From an uncultured delta proteobacterium (GTDB lineage: Bacteria > Myxococcota > Myxococcia > SLRQ01): a DNA stretch of 64,000 bases. This document shows positions 1-9,778 of the stretch, in pieces. The first letter of the stretch is position 1. Every line of letters starts with the position of its first letter. Made by a program: the position numbers and the translations under genes. The notes beneath the pieces are model-generated. The model worked only from the letters and a program-made list of their open reading frames with translations, did not search any database and was not told the origin of the DNA. The stretch covers positions 1,056,001 through 1,120,000 of the forward strand of contig CAVSGM010000001.1 in the NCBI GenBank assembly GCA_963727485.1, given 5' to 3'.

Positions 1-693
1 ACGCTGGCCGCGGGGATCGCCCACGAGCTGGGGACCCCGATGAACGTCATCGCGGTCAGGGCCAAGATGGTCGCCGACGGCGAGGCCGAGGGCGAGGAGG
101 CCCGGGAGAACGGCCAGATCATCCGGGAGCAGACGGTGCGGATGACCCGGATCATCCGCCAGCTCCTCGACTTCGCCCGGCCCCAGGCGCCGGCCAAGTC
201 CCTGGCGGACGTGGGGGCGGTGGCCAAGCAGACCCTCCAGCTCCTCGAGCCCATCGCCTCCCGGAAGCGGGTGCACCTCGAGTGGCGCGACGGGGTCCCG
301 GGCCTCGACCTCTCCACCGACGTCGACGCCTCCCAGCTCCAGCAGGCCCTCACCAACCTGGTGATGAACGGGATCCAGGCCATGCCCGACGGCGGCCACC
401 TCGAGGTCACCGCCCGCCGGGTCACCGCCACCGCGCCGGCGGACCAGGGCGGCCGGGCGGGCGAGTTCCTGGCGGTGGAGGTCAGCGACCAGGGCACCGG
501 CATCGACGAGGGCACCCTGGGCCACATCTTCGAGCCCTTCTTCACCACCAAGGACGTGGGGCAGGGCACGGGCCTCGGCCTCTCGGTCTCCTACGGGATC
601 GTCCACGAGCATGGGGGCTGGATCGGCGCCGAGAGCCGGCCCGGCGAGGGGAGCCGGTTCACCATCTACCTGCCCACCCGGGAGGAGGCATGA
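1..693 (+). CDS. Sensor histidine kinase, C-terminal HisKA/HATPase part (5' truncated by window edge)
   Basis: Frame open from base 1: TLAAGIAHELGTPMNVI (H-box), NLVMNGIQA (N-box), DQGTGI, FEPFFTTK, GTGLGLS; stop overlaps next ATG (ATGA). Confidence 0.93.
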   Translation, partial: TLAAGIAHELGTPMNVIAVRAKMVADGEAEGEEARENGQIIREQTVRMTRIIRQLLDFARPQAPAKSLADVGAVAKQTLQLLEPIASRKRVHLEWRDGVPGLDLSTDVDASQLQQALTNLVMNGIQAMPDGGHLEVTARRVTATAPADQGGRAGEFLAVEVSDQGTGIDEGTLGHIFEPFFTTKDVGQGTGLGLSVSYGIVHEHGGWIGAESRPGEGSRFTIYLPTREEA

Positions 694-2054
694 AGACCCG
701 GATGCTCCTGGTCGAGGACGACCGCGACCTGGCCGACACCCTCTGCCTCGGGCTCTCGCGCCGCGGCTACGAGTGCACCTGGTGCGCCGGCGCCGACGAG
801 GCCCTGGCCCGGCTCGACGAGGCGCCCGCGGAGGTGGTGGTCACCGACCTCCGGCTCAAGGGCCTCGACGGCCTCGACCTCTGCCAGCGGATCAACGCCG
901 GTCACCCCGACGTGCCGGTGATCGTCCTCACCGGCTTCGGGAGCCTGGACACGGCGGTCGCCGCCATCCGCGCCGGGGCCTATGACTTCCTCACCAAGCC
1001 GGTGGACGTGGAGGCCCTGGAGGTGGCGGTGGAGCGGGCGGCCCAGCACCGCGCGCTCACGGTGGAGGTGGCCCGCCTGCGCAAGGCGGTCTCCGCGCCC
1101 CACGGTCTCGAGGGCATGGTGGGCGAGAGCCCGGCGATGCGCCGGGTCTTCGATCTGGTGGAGCGGGTGGCCGACACCGGGGCCTCGGTGCTCATCACCG
1201 GAGAGACGGGCACCGGCAAGGAGCTGGTGGCGCAGGCGATCCACAGCCGCAGCGGCCGGGCCCAGGGCAACTTCGTGCCGGTGAACTGCGCCGCCCTCCC
1301 GGAGAACCTCCTGGAGTCCGAGCTCTTCGGCCACGTCCGGGGGGCGTTCACCGGCGCCGGCGACACCCGCGAGGGCCTGGTCGCCCGGGCGAGTGGCGGC
1401 ACCCTCTTCCTCGACGAGATCGGCGAGATGCCCGTCGGCCTCCAGCCCAAGCTCCTCCGGGTGCTCCAGGAGAAGCGGATGCGCCCGGTGGGCAGCGACA
1501 CCGAGCGCAGCGTCGACGTGCGCATCGTCGCCGCCACCAACCGGGACCTCGAGGCCGACGTGAAGGCCGGGCGGTTCCGGGAGGATCTCTTCTTCCGGCT
1601 CAACGTGGTGCAGATGGAGCTGCCGCCCCTCCGGGCCCGGGGCGACGACGTGCTCCTCTTGGCCCAGCGCTTCCTGGAGCGGGCCGCCGCCGCCGCCAAC
1701 CGGCCGGTCACGGGCCTCGCCAGCGCCGCCGCGGACCGGCTCCTCGCCTACGACTGGCCGGGGAACGTCCGGGAGCTGGAGAACTGCATCGAGCGGGCGG
1801 TGATCCTCGCCCGCTACAATCGCATCACCGTCGACGACCTCCCGGCGAAGGTCCGGGGCGTGGCGCTCACCGTCCGCCCCGGGGGGGACGACGGGGCCGA
1901 GGTGGAGCTGGTGCCCCTCGAGGTGGTGGAGCGCCGGCACGTCCTCGCGGTCCTCGAGGCCGTGGGCGGGCAGCGCACGCGGGCGGCGGAGATCCTCGGC
2001 GTCGACCGCAAGACCCTCTACCGGAAGCTCGAGCGCTGGCAGGCCCACGAGTGA
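690..2054 (+). CDS. NtrC-family sigma-54-dependent response regulator (REC-AAA+-Fis HTH)
   Basis: GGAGG RBS, ATG 690; LLVEDD receiver start, GETGTGKE Walker A, GAFTGA, FLDEIGE, WPGNVRELEN, LGVDRKTLYRKL. Confidence 0.95.
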   Translation: MKTRMLLVEDDRDLADTLCLGLSRRGYECTWCAGADEALARLDEAPAEVVVTDLRLKGLDGLDLCQRINAGHPDVPVIVLTGFGSLDTAVAAIRAGAYDFLTKPVDVEALEVAVERAAQHRALTVEVARLRKAVSAPHGLEGMVGESPAMRRVFDLVERVADTGASVLITGETGTGKELVAQAIHSRSGRAQGNFVPVNCAALPENLLESELFGHVRGAFTGAGDTREGLVARASGGTLFLDEIGEMPVGLQPKLLRVLQEKRMRPVGSDTERSVDVRIVAATNRDLEADVKAGRFREDLFFRLNVVQMELPPLRARGDDVLLLAQRFLERAAAAANRPVTGLASAAADRLLAYDWPGNVRELENCIERAVILARYNRITVDDLPAKVRGVALTVRPGGDDGAEVELVPLEVVERRHVLAVLEAVGGQRTRAAEILGVDRKTLYRKLERWQAHE

Positions 2055-2171
2055 GGCATCGCGCCCCGCGGGGCGCTTTGCCCCGGGATTCCTGGGGCCA
2101 CCGGGCCGGGGCCTTTCGCCTAAGTGCTTGAACAAAAAGGGAAAGTCCGGTAGCCGGTCGGGCGTGGTCGT

Positions 2172-2187
2172 GGGCACGGACCCTGCA
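2172..2187 (+). promoter_or_regulatory. Putative sigma-54 -24/-12 promoter
   Basis: GGGCACGGACCCTGCA has GG-N10-GC spacing. It lies ~70 bp upstream of the receiver gene, after an imperfect inverted repeat (2080-2098) and an AT-rich patch (2121-2140). Confidence 0.55.
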
Positions 2188-2256
2188 GCATCTTCTCCAC
2201 AGGTCCGGACGCGGGCGAGGCGGACGAGACCCGGGCCCCGACCAGGAGGCTTCAAG

Positions 2257-2700
2257 GTGCGCAGCGACGAATCCGGAACTGGGACCCACGGGGGCGGGCA
2301 GCCGGCCCGCGCCCGTGGACGGATCGTCATCGCTGAGGATGATCGCGAGATGCGCCGCCTCCTGGTCGGGGCGTTTGCCAAGCACGGGTGGGACGTGATC
2401 GAGCTCATCGATGGGGTGCAGCTCGCCGAGTACCTCGCCGACCTGGTCCTCGACGAGGGGGACGTGACCCCGCCGGAGGCCATCGTCTCCGACATCCGGA
2501 TGCCCGGGTTCTCGGGCCTCGAGGTGCTCCACGAGCTGGCGCTCTCCCGGTGGGCGCCCCCGGTGGTGCTCATCACCGCCTTCGGCGACAATCTCGTCCG
2601 CGAGGAGGCCCGGCGTCTCGGCGCCGCGGCGGTGGTGGAGAAGCCCCTGGACCTCGACGAGCTGCGCGAGGTGGTCGAGTCGTTCGTGGCCGCCGCGTAG
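2257..2700 (+). CDS. Single-domain response regulator receiver protein
   Basis: AGGAGG RBS then GTG 2257; IVIAEDD, VSDIRMPG, LITAFG, EKPLD motifs. Confidence 0.88.
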   Translation: MRSDESGTGTHGGGQPARARGRIVIAEDDREMRRLLVGAFAKHGWDVIELIDGVQLAEYLADLVLDEGDVTPPEAIVSDIRMPGFSGLEVLHELALSRWAPPVVLITAFGDNLVREEARRLGAAAVVEKPLDLDELREVVESFVAAA

Positions 2701-2754
2701 GGCGCCTTGGCACAGGTGGCACCGGACCCGGTGCCCACGGGGTACACTGGGGGT

Positions 2755-4704
2755 ATGTTCCCATTCCGCCCCCGGCTCGTCCCCGTCGTGGTCCTCGGCC
2801 TCCTGACCGCCTGCGGTCCCCCGACGGTGAAGGGGCTGGCGATCACGGCGACCCCGGCCTACGTCCCTGCGGGGCGCACCGTCTCCGTGGCGGCGAAGGC
2901 CACCTACGCCGACGGGCACGCCGAGGACGTGACGGCGAAGGCGGCCTGGAAGGTGGCCGACGCAAAGGTGGCGGGCCTGGCGCCGGGTGCCGGCCCGGGC
3001 GAAATCCTGGGCGTCGCCCCGGGCACGGCGACCGTCACCGCGCGCTTCCAGGGGGTCTCGGGTACCCTGACGCTCACCGTGGGCCGGCCCGTCGGGGGGG
3101 CCGGGGCGGTGCTGCCCTTCGTGGAGTACGAGGCCGAGGACCAGCAGACGAACGGCACGATCATCGGTCCCAGCCGCACCCTCGGGGATCTCGCCGAGGA
3201 GGCCTCGGGCCGCCGCGCCGTCCGCCTCGACGCCACCGGCCAGAAGGTGTCCCTGACCACCACCGCGGCCGCCAACGCCATCGTCATCCGCTACGCCATC
3301 CCCGACGCCCCTGCGGGCGGCGGCGAGGACGCGACGCTGGGGCTCTACGTCGACGGCGTCCGCCAGCAGGACCTGAAGCTCACCTCGCGCTACGCCTGGC
3401 TCTACGGGGGGGCCACCAACTCCGCCAACGACACCCCGGGGTCGGGCGCCCACCACTTCTACGACGAGGTGCACGCGCGGATCGGCGAGGTCCCCGCCGG
3501 GGCCACCATCACCCTCCAGAAGGATGCCCAGGACACCGCCGCCTGGTACGTCGTCGACCTGGTGGATCTCGAGGAGGTCGCGCCGGCAATCCCCCAGCCC
3601 GCCGGCACCCTGTCCATCACCGACTACGGGGCCACCCCGGACGACGGCACCGACGACGCCGCGGCGATCCAGGCGGCCCTCGACGACGGCAAGGCCCAGG
3701 GGAAGCCCGTGTGGATCCCAACGGGGCGCTTCGACCTCACCTCCGCGCCCCTCCAGGTCTCGGGGGTGACCCTGGAGGGGGCGGGCATGTGGTACTCGAC
3801 CCTCGGCGGGCCCGAGGCCGAGCTGCGGGTCTCGGGAAGCGACAATCACCTGCGCGACTTCGCCCTCTTCGGCGAGACCACCTACCGCGACGACCAGCAC
3901 GGCCGGGACGGCCTCGACGGGGCCCTGGGGACCGGCTCCACCCTCGAGCGGCTGTGGATCGAGCACGTGAAGGCCGCCCTCTGGATCGGCGTGGGCACCC
4001 CGCTCACCGACGGCCTCGAGGTGAGGGGGGTGCGCATCCGCGACACCTTCGCCGACGGGGTGAACCTCGACGCCGGGACCAGCCACTCGGTGGTGGAGCA
4101 GTCGAGCTTCCGCAACACCGGCGACGACGGGGTGGCCACCTGGAGCCCGGCTTCAGATGGCCCCAACGCGGTGGGCAACGTGTTCCGCTTCGACACCGTG
4201 CAGGCCCCGTGGCGGGCCAACTGCTTCGCGGTCTACGGCGGGCAGGACACGACCCTCGAGGACGACCTGTGCACCGACACCGCGAACTACCCGGGCGTCC
4301 TCCTCGCCTCCTCCTTCGGCGCCCATGCCTTCGCCGGGACCACCACGGTGGCGCGCGTGAGCCTCCTGCGCGCCGGGGGGCTCTTCGACGGGCACGACGC
4401 CGGGGCCCTGTGGATCCACGGCGACGAGCAGCCCATCGCCGGGGTGGAGGTCCAGGACCTGATGATCCGGGACGCCTCCTACTCGGGGATCGGAATCGGC
4501 GGCCCCCAGGCGGTCACCGGGGTCACCTTCGACAACGTGCAGGTGGTGGGGGCCGGCGCCGAGGGCATCCGCATCGGGCCGCAGGCCACCGGTGCGGCCC
4601 AGGCCACGGCCCTGGTGGTGGCCGGCTCCAAGACCCGGGGCATCACCAACCTCGCCGGGTCGCACTTCCGGCTCACCCGCGTGAAGTGGGACGGCGGCTG
4701 GTAG
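2755..4704 (+). CDS. Lipoprotein glycoside hydrolase, GH87-like alpha-1,3-glucanase/mycodextranase (Ig-like domain + beta-sandwich + parallel beta-helix)
   Basis: Lipobox LLTAC; Big_2-like segment; LPFVEYEAE...EASGRRAVRL...IRYAIPD...HHFYDE, SITDYGATPDDGTDD, DTFADGVN and RNTGDDG motifs as in GH87 enzymes. Confidence 0.75.
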   Translation: MFPFRPRLVPVVVLGLLTACGPPTVKGLAITATPAYVPAGRTVSVAAKATYADGHAEDVTAKAAWKVADAKVAGLAPGAGPGEILGVAPGTATVTARFQGVSGTLTLTVGRPVGGAGAVLPFVEYEAEDQQTNGTIIGPSRTLGDLAEEASGRRAVRLDATGQKVSLTTTAAANAIVIRYAIPDAPAGGGEDATLGLYVDGVRQQDLKLTSRYAWLYGGATNSANDTPGSGAHHFYDEVHARIGEVPAGATITLQKDAQDTAAWYVVDLVDLEEVAPAIPQPAGTLSITDYGATPDDGTDDAAAIQAALDDGKAQGKPVWIPTGRFDLTSAPLQVSGVTLEGAGMWYSTLGGPEAELRVSGSDNHLRDFALFGETTYRDDQHGRDGLDGALGTGSTLERLWIEHVKAALWIGVGTPLTDGLEVRGVRIRDTFADGVNLDAGTSHSVVEQSSFRNTGDDGVATWSPASDGPNAVGNVFRFDTVQAPWRANCFAVYGGQDTTLEDDLCTDTANYPGVLLASSFGAHAFAGTTTVARVSLLRAGGLFDGHDAGALWIHGDEQPIAGVEVQDLMIRDASYSGIGIGGPQAVTGVTFDNVQVVGAGAEGIRIGPQATGAAQATALVVAGSKTRGITNLAGSHFRLTRVKWDGGW

Positions 4705-4769
4705 CGCCGGAGCGGACCCGGGGCTAGCATCCGCGGACCATCCGCCCGCCTCGCCGCAAGGAGCCCCCC

Positions 4770-6836
4770 GTGCCCCTGACCTACCCCGACGCCCACCGCG
4801 ACGACGTCGTCGACACCTTCTACGGCACCCAGGTCCCCGACCCCTATCGGTGGCTGGAGCACGTGGACGCTCCGGACACCCGCACCTGGGTGAAGGCCGA
4901 GGAGGCGCTCTCCCGCCGCTTCCTCGACGCCCTCCCCGGGCGCGAGGCCATCCGCGCCCGGCTCGAGCACCTGTGGAACTACGAGCGCTACGGGGTGCCC
5001 TTCAAGGAGGGCGGCCGGTACTTCTACGACTACAACCCGGGCCTCGAGAACCAGAGCGTCCTCTACGTGATGGACGGCCTCGAGGGTCCCCCGCGGGTGC
5101 TCCTCGATCCCAACACCCTCTCCCCGGACGGCACGGTGGCGGTCAACGGCCGCTCGGTGAGCCGGGACGGGAGGTACCTCGCCTACGCCCTCTCCTCGGC
5201 GGGCTCCGACTGGATGACCTGGCACGTCCGCGACGTGGCCACCGGGAAGGACCTGGCCGACGAGGTGGCGTGGAGCAAGTTCTCCGGGGCCAGCTGGGCC
5301 CACGACGGGCGCGGCTTCTACTACAGCGCCTACAATCCGCCCCAAGACCAGAAGCAGGCGCTGACCGCCGCCAACTACGACCAGAAGCTCTACTTCCATG
5401 CCCTGGGCACGCCCCAGTCGGCGGACCGGCTGGTCTACGCCCGCCCCGACCACCAGGAGTGGGGCTTCGCCGGGGACGTCACCGATGACGGACGCTACCT
5501 GGTGATCACCGTGTGGAAGGGCACCAATCCCAAGAACCAGCTCTTCTACGCGGACCTCACCGCCGAGCACCCCAAGGTGGTGGAGCTGCTCACCGGCTTC
5601 GACGCCAAGTGGTCGTTCGTGGGCAACGAGGGCCACGTCTTCTACCTGCTCACCGACGACGGGGCCTCGCGCCGGAAGCTGGTGGCCCTGGACCTCGCGC
5701 ACCCGGACCGCGAGGCGATGCGCGTGGTGATCCCCGAGGGCCAGGACACCCTGGAGGCCGCCAGCCTCGTGGGCGGGCACCTGGTGGCCCGCTTCCTCGC
5801 CGACGCCAAGAGCCGGGTGGCGGTCCACGACCTGACGGGCAAGCAGGTCCACGAGGTGTCCCTGCCGGGGCTCGGCACCGCCGAGGGCTTCGGGGGCCGC
5901 GCCGACGACCCGGAGACCTTCTTCGCCTACACCTCGTTCATCGCGCCGACCACCATCTACCGCTACGACATCGCCACCGGGAAGGAGACGGTCTTCCGCA
6001 AGCCCGAGGTCGACTTCGATCCGGACGCCCTGGTGGCCGAGCAGGTCTTCTACACCAGCAAGGATGGCACCCGGGTGCCGATGTTCATCGTCCACCAGCG
6101 GGGCCTGGAGCTCGACGGCACGAACCCCACCTACCTCTACGGCTACGGGGGCTTCGACATCTCCCAGACGCCGTTCTTCTCCCTCAGCGTCCTGGTGTGG
6201 ATGCAGATGGGCGGGGTCCTCGCCCTGCCCAACATCCGTGGGGGCGGCGAGTACGGCGAGGCCTGGCACCAGGCGGGGACGAAGCTCCACAAGCAGAACG
6301 TCTTCGACGACTTCATCGCCGCCGGCGAGTGGCTCATCGCCAAGGGCTACACCCAGGCCCCCAAGCTCGCCATCGGCGGGGGGAGCAACGGAGGCCTGCT
6401 CGTGGGCGCCTGCCTCACCCAGCGGCCCGACCTCTTCGGCGCCGCGGCGCCCCAGGTGGGCGTCCTCGACATGCTCCGCTACCAGAAGTGGACCATCGGT
6501 TGGGCCTGGGCCTCCGACTACGGCACCGCCGACGACGGGAAGCAGATGTTCGAGGCCCTCTACGCCTACTCGCCGTACCACAACCTCGAGCCCGGCACCC
6601 GCTACCCGCCGACGCTGATCTCCACCGCCGACCACGACGACCGGGTGATGCCCGCCCACAGCTTCAAGTTCGCCGCGAGGATGCAGCACGACCAGGCCGG
6701 GGACGCCCCGGTGCTGCTGCGGGTGGAGACCCGGGCGGGCCACGGGGCCGGGAAGCCCACCGACAAGATCATCGACGAGATCGCCGACCGCTGGGCCTTC
6801 CTCGCCTGGGCCCTCGGTCAGCCGCCGATCCAGTAG
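4770..6836 (+). CDS. Prolyl oligopeptidase (S9A)
   Basis: DPYRWLE N-terminus, YGYGGF, NIRGGGEYG, catalytic GGSNGG, DHDDRV, AGHGAG. Confidence 0.96.
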   Translation: MPLTYPDAHRDDVVDTFYGTQVPDPYRWLEHVDAPDTRTWVKAEEALSRRFLDALPGREAIRARLEHLWNYERYGVPFKEGGRYFYDYNPGLENQSVLYVMDGLEGPPRVLLDPNTLSPDGTVAVNGRSVSRDGRYLAYALSSAGSDWMTWHVRDVATGKDLADEVAWSKFSGASWAHDGRGFYYSAYNPPQDQKQALTAANYDQKLYFHALGTPQSADRLVYARPDHQEWGFAGDVTDDGRYLVITVWKGTNPKNQLFYADLTAEHPKVVELLTGFDAKWSFVGNEGHVFYLLTDDGASRRKLVALDLAHPDREAMRVVIPEGQDTLEAASLVGGHLVARFLADAKSRVAVHDLTGKQVHEVSLPGLGTAEGFGGRADDPETFFAYTSFIAPTTIYRYDIATGKETVFRKPEVDFDPDALVAEQVFYTSKDGTRVPMFIVHQRGLELDGTNPTYLYGYGGFDISQTPFFSLSVLVWMQMGGVLALPNIRGGGEYGEAWHQAGTKLHKQNVFDDFIAAGEWLIAKGYTQAPKLAIGGGSNGGLLVGACLTQRPDLFGAAAPQVGVLDMLRYQKWTIGWAWASDYGTADDGKQMFEALYAYSPYHNLEPGTRYPPTLISTADHDDRVMPAHSFKFAARMQHDQAGDAPVLLRVETRAGHGAGKPTDKIIDEIADRWAFLAWALGQPPIQ

Positions 6837-9502
6837 GTGGCCTTGACCATCACCGTGTGCTGGGGCGCGCCGCCCTGGCACAGGTGCTGCCAGGTGCCCA
6901 GGTGGTAGTTGCCGCGGTCGGTGATCCCGCCGCCGCAGCCGAGCTGGTAGACGAAGAAGAGGGTGGAGCCCGGGCGGTACTCCCAGCGGAGCACCACGTT
7001 CGCCTGGAGGCCGGTGAAGGTGAACGACGGCTGGTCGAAGGTGTAGGGCGTGGCCGAGTCGGCGGCCTTCACGGTGACGGTGCCGTCGCCGGTGGTCGCC
7101 GAGCCGGTGCCCCCGGCGAAGGGGGCGAACTCCCGGTACCCCGGGCGGAGGAAGTACTTGAGGCCCCGGTAGGCGCCGGTGACCACCGTCCCCCGGACGT
7201 AGCTCTGGAGCGAGAGGTGGGGGGAGAAGGTCCAGTCGGCCCGGAGGTCCACCGACGACACCACCTGGTCGATGCCGGCGAAGACGTAGCGGGTCCCGAA
7301 GGTGCTCACCGCCGCCGGGTCGGGGTAGGCGTCGACGTACTGGGCGTCGCTCTTGCGCAGCTCCACCCCGGGGCCGAGGCTGATGGAGAGGGCGGGCAGG
7401 GGCTGGAGGTCGAGGCTGCCACCGACGTAGGCGTCGTGGGTGCCGATGAAGGTGACGTTGCCCGAGGTGTTCATCCCGAGGCGCACCGCCCGGCGGGTGT
7501 CGGTGGAGGTCTCGAGGTACCAGCCGAAGCTCGCGGGGGTCGCCGCCAGGGGGCCGCCGCGCAGCAGCCGGTCGTCCTTCGCCGGCGGGTGGAGGCCCAC
7601 CCAGAAGTTCACCGGGACGAAGCCCCGGGTGAGCACGCCCCCGGAGAGGCCGAGCTCGCCCCCGAGGAGGTCCTGGCCGAAGTTGGTCTGGGCATAGAGA
7701 TCCATGCCCACCGCCCATCGTTGGAGCAGGCCCTTGGCGTGGTTGTCCTGGCGGGAAGCCGAGGCCCCGAGGTGCATCTCGTCGGCGCGGTTCTCGAAGC
7801 CGAGGTCGTTGACCTCGAACCTGGGGCTGGTGAAGCCGGCGTTGAGGTCGAAGTTGAAGACCTTGTTGGTCTGGGTCCCGAAGTGGACCTTGCCCTCGAG
7901 CCCCGAGAGGCTCCGGGCCTTCGGGTCCACCGAGAGGTAGCCGGCGTCCGGGCGCTGGGCGTACCGGGCGAAGTTCTCCTGGAGGCCGGTGATCACCGCC
8001 GGGCTGCCCTGGACGAGGCTGCCGAGGAGCTCCCCGGTGAGGTAGTAGCGCTTGTGCTGGATGCCCAGGTTCCAGTCGAGGCCGCCGCTGTAGGCGCTGC
8101 GGGTGAGCTGGCCTTCGAGGTTGGCGGTCAGCGCCCGGTTCACCGCGGTGCCGGTGAAGCCCACCTGGGAGTCGCCGTGGTCGAGGTCCTGCTTGGCCCG
8201 CACCACCAGGTAGTTGGACAGCGGCTGGATCTGGAAGCCCGGCTCGTCGAGGAGCGGCGCGCCCTGGGCGTCGACGTACTGCTGGGAGACCGGGGCGGTG
8301 ACCGCCTCCAGGACGCCGATGGAGGTGCCCCCGTGGGTCCGGCCGGTGACCTTGGCGGCGCCGTAGATGGGCGTCTGGTCCGGGGCGGCGGTGAAGGCGT
8401 AGTGGGCCGGGTCCTCTGGCGCGCCGAGCGGCGGGCCGCCGATGCGCCGGGTGTAGAAGAGGCTGGTGCCGCCGCCGCTGCCCGTGCCGAAGATCTGGAC
8501 CCCGTCGAGGAAGAAGGGCCGGCGCTCGGTGAGGTAGAGCTGGTCGGCCGAGAGGTTCACCTGGGCCGGATCCGCCTCCACCTGGCCGAAGTCGGGGTTG
8601 AGGGTGGCGTCCACCTTCCAGTCGGGACCCAGGGCGTAGGTGAGGTCGCCGCCGACGCCCAGGCTCAGGTCGTGGCCGGTGTGGAAGGGATCCCGGGGGG
8701 CGTCGGGCCGGTAGAAGCTGCCGCCGCCGGAGAGGTAGGGGGTGACCTGGAGCGCGTCGGGGGGCTGGAGGTGGTCGAGGCCCGAGAGCAGCCCCCAGCC
8801 GGAGACCTCGATCCCGGCGTTGGTCGGGATGGGCTGCCACCGGTCCTGCTCGCCCTTGCGGGCCACCAGCCGGAGGAACTCCAGCCCCCAGGTGTGGGTG
8901 CTGGCGTTGAAGTTGAGCTGGCTGAAGGGGATGGCGATCTCGCAGGTCCAGCCCTTCCGGTCGACGTGGACCTTGCTCGCCCACACCGCGTTCCACTCGG
9001 TGTTCCCGTTGGTGTCGTCGAAGAGGTAGAGGTCGCGCTGCACCCCGGCGGCGCTCACCTGGAACACCGCGCCGGTGCGGCGGTCATGGTAGGGGTCGAG
9101 GCCCACCACGAAGAGGTCGGCCTGGCCGCTGTCGGTGTCCCGGCGGTAGAGGGCCCGGGCGATCCGGGACGGATCCGGGTCGTACATCCGGGCGCCGATG
9201 TAGAGGTGGCTGCGGGTGTAGAGGACCCGGACCTCGGTGCGGTAGCTCGCCGGCTTCCCGTCGTCGGGCTGCTGCTGGACGAAGTGGGTGGCCACCGGTG
9301 CGTTCTGCCACTCGGGGTCGTCGAGGCGCCCGTCCATCTTCGGCGCCCGGGCGACGGCGACCGCCCGGAGGTGGCGCCGGGGGGCGCCGGGACGGACCGA
9401 GGTCACGAGGGCCGCGGCGGGGACGCCCTCGCCGTCGGCGAGGGCGGGGGACGCGATTGCCAGGACGAGGGCCGCGGCGAGGAGCTGGACGAGGGTGCGC
9501 AT
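6818..9502 (-). CDS. Secreted/outer-membrane CBM9-like + DUF5916 protein
   Basis: Signal peptide MRTLVQLLAAALVLAIASPALA; MDGRLDDPEW, NPDFGQVEAD, ERRPFFLDG, LFYTRRIG; beta-barrel-like C-terminus VLRWEYRPGSTLFFVY...KATYW. The longer upstream ORF extension is antisense to the PLD gene. Confidence 0.85.
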   Translation of the reverse strand: MRTLVQLLAAALVLAIASPALADGEGVPAAALVTSVRPGAPRRHLRAVAVARAPKMDGRLDDPEWQNAPVATHFVQQQPDDGKPASYRTEVRVLYTRSHLYIGARMYDPDPSRIARALYRRDTDSGQADLFVVGLDPYHDRRTGAVFQVSAAGVQRDLYLFDDTNGNTEWNAVWASKVHVDRKGWTCEIAIPFSQLNFNASTHTWGLEFLRLVARKGEQDRWQPIPTNAGIEVSGWGLLSGLDHLQPPDALQVTPYLSGGGSFYRPDAPRDPFHTGHDLSLGVGGDLTYALGPDWKVDATLNPDFGQVEADPAQVNLSADQLYLTERRPFFLDGVQIFGTGSGGGTSLFYTRRIGGPPLGAPEDPAHYAFTAAPDQTPIYGAAKVTGRTHGGTSIGVLEAVTAPVSQQYVDAQGAPLLDEPGFQIQPLSNYLVVRAKQDLDHGDSQVGFTGTAVNRALTANLEGQLTRSAYSGGLDWNLGIQHKRYYLTGELLGSLVQGSPAVITGLQENFARYAQRPDAGYLSVDPKARSLSGLEGKVHFGTQTNKVFNFDLNAGFTSPRFEVNDLGFENRADEMHLGASASRQDNHAKGLLQRWAVGMDLYAQTNFGQDLLGGELGLSGGVLTRGFVPVNFWVGLHPPAKDDRLLRGGPLAATPASFGWYLETSTDTRRAVRLGMNTSGNVTFIGTHDAYVGGSLDLQPLPALSISLGPGVELRKSDAQYVDAYPDPAAVSTFGTRYVFAGIDQVVSSVDLRADWTFSPHLSLQSYVRGTVVTGAYRGLKYFLRPGYREFAPFAGGTGSATTGDGTVTVKAADSATPYTFDQPSFTFTGLQANVVLRWEYRPGSTLFFVYQLGCGGGITDRGNYHLGTWQHLCQGGAPQHTVMVKATYWIGG

Positions 9503-9616
9503 GGGGGCGGGGCTCGGGGGCAGGAGGGCAGAGGTGCCCCGTCGTACGCCGGAGGGCCGCGGCGCATTTCGCGCGCCGTGGCGCCCGGGGGACCGGCCGC
9601 CTGCCGCCACCCGGGG

Positions 9617-9663
9617 GCGTCCACTCAGTGAACGGATCCGGCCGCCGTTCACATGCTGAACGG
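9617..9663 (+). promoter_or_regulatory. Tandem palindromic sites, putative enhancer-binding-protein sites
   Basis: CCGTTCA-N5-TGAACGG (9645-9663, perfect) and GCGTCCA-N5-TGAACGG (9617-9635), 28 bp apart, upstream of a sigma-54 promoter. Confidence 0.6.
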
Positions 9664-9724
9664 ACCGCCCTCGCCGCCTGGCTGAAAATACAAATAAAAT
9701 CATGTGCTTGTATCCTGGTCGTCC

Positions 9725-9739
9725 TGGCACGCCGGTTGC
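9725..9739 (+). promoter_or_regulatory. Sigma-54 -24/-12 promoter of the PLD gene
   Basis: TGGCAC-GCCGG-TTGC is an exact consensus match; AT-rich IHF-like stretch at ~9685-9711. Confidence 0.85.
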
Positions 9740-9778
9740 CCTAGGGAACGGCGAAACCGACTCGACATGGAGCCGCCG

